From Geosiphon pyriformis uo1 (Eukaryota > Fungi > Glomeromycota): a stretch of DNA of 64,000 nt. Within the stretch, counting starts at the first letter, position 1, and each line of letters begins with the position of its first letter. Position numbers and translations under genes: made by a program. The notes under the pieces were generated by a model. That model ran no database searches. It had not been told where the DNA came from and was given only the letters and a program-made list of their open reading frames with translations. The stretch lies in NCBI GenBank assembly GCA_016748015.1, contig JAAOMT010000503.1, positions 583,669 to 647,668 on the forward strand, in the 5' to 3' direction. This document shows positions 62,301-64,000 of this stretch, piece by piece.

Positions 62301-64000
62301 TTTGAGTGGAATATAGAATGGTTGTTTTTATGGTTCTGGTGTAGAATATCTAACTTTCTTCCATCTTCTTGATTCTTCAAAAATCTTCTGTTCTGTTTTT
62401 TCAGCCCAATTGGATGTTGATCTAAGAGCCATGTAGATTTCAGTAAGTGGCATTTTTTTTTCTTTTTCAAATTCAAATACTAGGGCTTTTTCTGATTGTT
62501 TGTTAAAAGTACTACAAATAGCAGGTACTATAATGTATTGTCCTTAGTATAAGATTTTTAATTCCTGAGTTTCCCAGTCTAAGTTTGCATTGGTCTTAAG
62601 AAGCCAATCATTTCCGACCAGAGCTTGGTATTGGGGTGCATTCATGACTAGAACTTTGACTAAAATGGTGATTCCATCAATAGTGAATAGAAAATTGTCA
62701 ATTTCTTCTACTGGTGTTTTTTTCATACCATCTGCTGTAACAATTACAGTTTGGGCTGGTCTGTCAACAGTTCTTTGAAGCTGTTGTATTAACTGGTAGG
62801 TGATAATACTTCCAGCTGATCCACTGTCTAAAATTAATCAGATGGGTTTTTTTTCTACTGTGGCTTCAGTATACATAGCAGTAATAGCTTTTTGTTTATT
62901 AGCTGCTGCATTATTAAGCAAAAATGGTGATTTATTTGCTTCAAATTCAAATGAGAATATATTTAAGAGGTTGGCATTTTGGGCAATTTGAGCTGGTAGA
63001 ATGGTATGGTTAGAAGGGTTTGATCTTGGTGCTGCAATTTCACCTTCAGAAAGTGCAGTTTGTTGAAAATCTGATTCCTCTGGTATTATAAGATAACTGG
63101 GTTGAGTATGATAGTAATTGGGTTTTTGCTGACCAGAATTTCGGAGAACCAACTGATTATTTGGGTTGATTCTGTTGTTGTTATTCTGAAATTGATTTTG
63201 GAGTGTAAATTGGTTATGTTGAACCAATCTTCTGGCTGGTACTTAATATTGTTGAGTAGGTGGTGTCTGATATTGCTGAATTGGTAGAGTTTGCTGATAT
63301 TGTTGCTATATCAGTTGTGGAGCTGGTTGATAGTAACTGTTTTGATTTTGTGGTCTTGGTGAATAATAAGTTGGTGGTGGAAGTTAGTAATAAAATTGTT
63401 GTGATGAAGAGTAATATTGATTACTTCTGTTTTGTTGGTCTCTTTGCAATTTTCTACAATCTTATTTCCAGTGTCCTGGAATTTCACAATAATGACAATT
63501 TTAAGGTTGGTTGTTGGATAGTGATCCAAAATTGTTTTGATTGCATTGTTGTAAGAGTTAATATCTTTGTAGTTGTTGCTGTTGTTGTTGTTGGTTTGTA
63601 AAATAGCTTTCAACCTTTTTTGTGAGTTGGTCTATTTTCTCTTCAGCTGCTGAACTGGTTTCTCCAATAGCTAGGTTGACAAGTTTGGTGTGTTTTACTT
63701 CTTTTATAGCCATTTCATAGTTCTTTATATGTCTAATGGCAGTTGCTAAGTCTGCTGATGTGTGTGGACAGACTTTTTTAATGAGTTTGTCTTTTAATCT
63801 TGCTATGAATTGATCCAAAATCTGGGCATCAAAATAGTAATCATTGGTTTCCAATTGTTGAATTCATCAAAGAAGTTTGTTGAAGCTCCCAAGATAAGTC
63901 ATGACAGTTTCAAATGTTTTTTGTTTAATATTGTGAAAGTAATTACAGAGAGTGATAGAGATGTTGTTGTCAGTGAATTGTTGTAAGAAAGCATCTTTGA
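59305..64000 (-). pseudogene. Element G gag-pol (PR ~62830, Cys-rich ~61700-62310, dUTPase ~61150-61560, RT, RH)
   Basis: LILDSGSAGS; DAEYDL/ASRSLLA/VIDTGY/KIAQ/QGFGS; FCVNYRQLN; YLDN. Confidence 0.92.

Larger units (their letters stand above)
49240..64000 (-). mobile_element. Ty3/Gypsy element G (5' end beyond the window); 3' LTR 49240-57022 interrupted by LINE J
   Basis: T[G>A]TTACTGAAGG...CTGGTAACA; PPT complement at ~57023-57036; ORF3, IN, RH, RT, dUTPase, Cys-rich, PR and gag in order. Confidence 0.9.

Overview
This is AT-rich eukaryotic DNA made almost entirely of nested, decayed retrotransposons. It is probably fungal and looks Glomeromycotina-like, though that is inference. I see no host genes, RNA genes or CRISPR arrays. 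Nest 1: a + strand LINE (A; RT-RNaseH) is split at 2881/43819 by a minus-strand Ty3/Gypsy element (C). C carries element D in its 3' LTR and element B in its integrase. B in turn carries element E in its RNase H and LTR F in its integrase. Nest 2: a + strand LINE (H) is interrupted at 49240 by Gypsy element G, whose 3' LTR holds a full-length minus-strand LINE (J). Between the nests sits a 2.3-kb element (I) that encodes only an ORF1/Gag-like protein. It ends in the same 3' UTR as the autonomous LINEs and has its own tail and 11-bp TSD, so it is a HAL1-like ORF1-only retroposon. All five Gypsy copies share an unusual layout: gag-PR-Cys-rich domain-dUTPase-dUTPase-like-RT-RH, then a stop, a separate integrase ORF, and a further ~210-aa ORF before the PPT. 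Gag starts at GTG in the four copies whose 5' end is visible. Every ORF is broken, mainly by C>T/G>A transitions. Coordinates were read by eye and may be off by a few bases.
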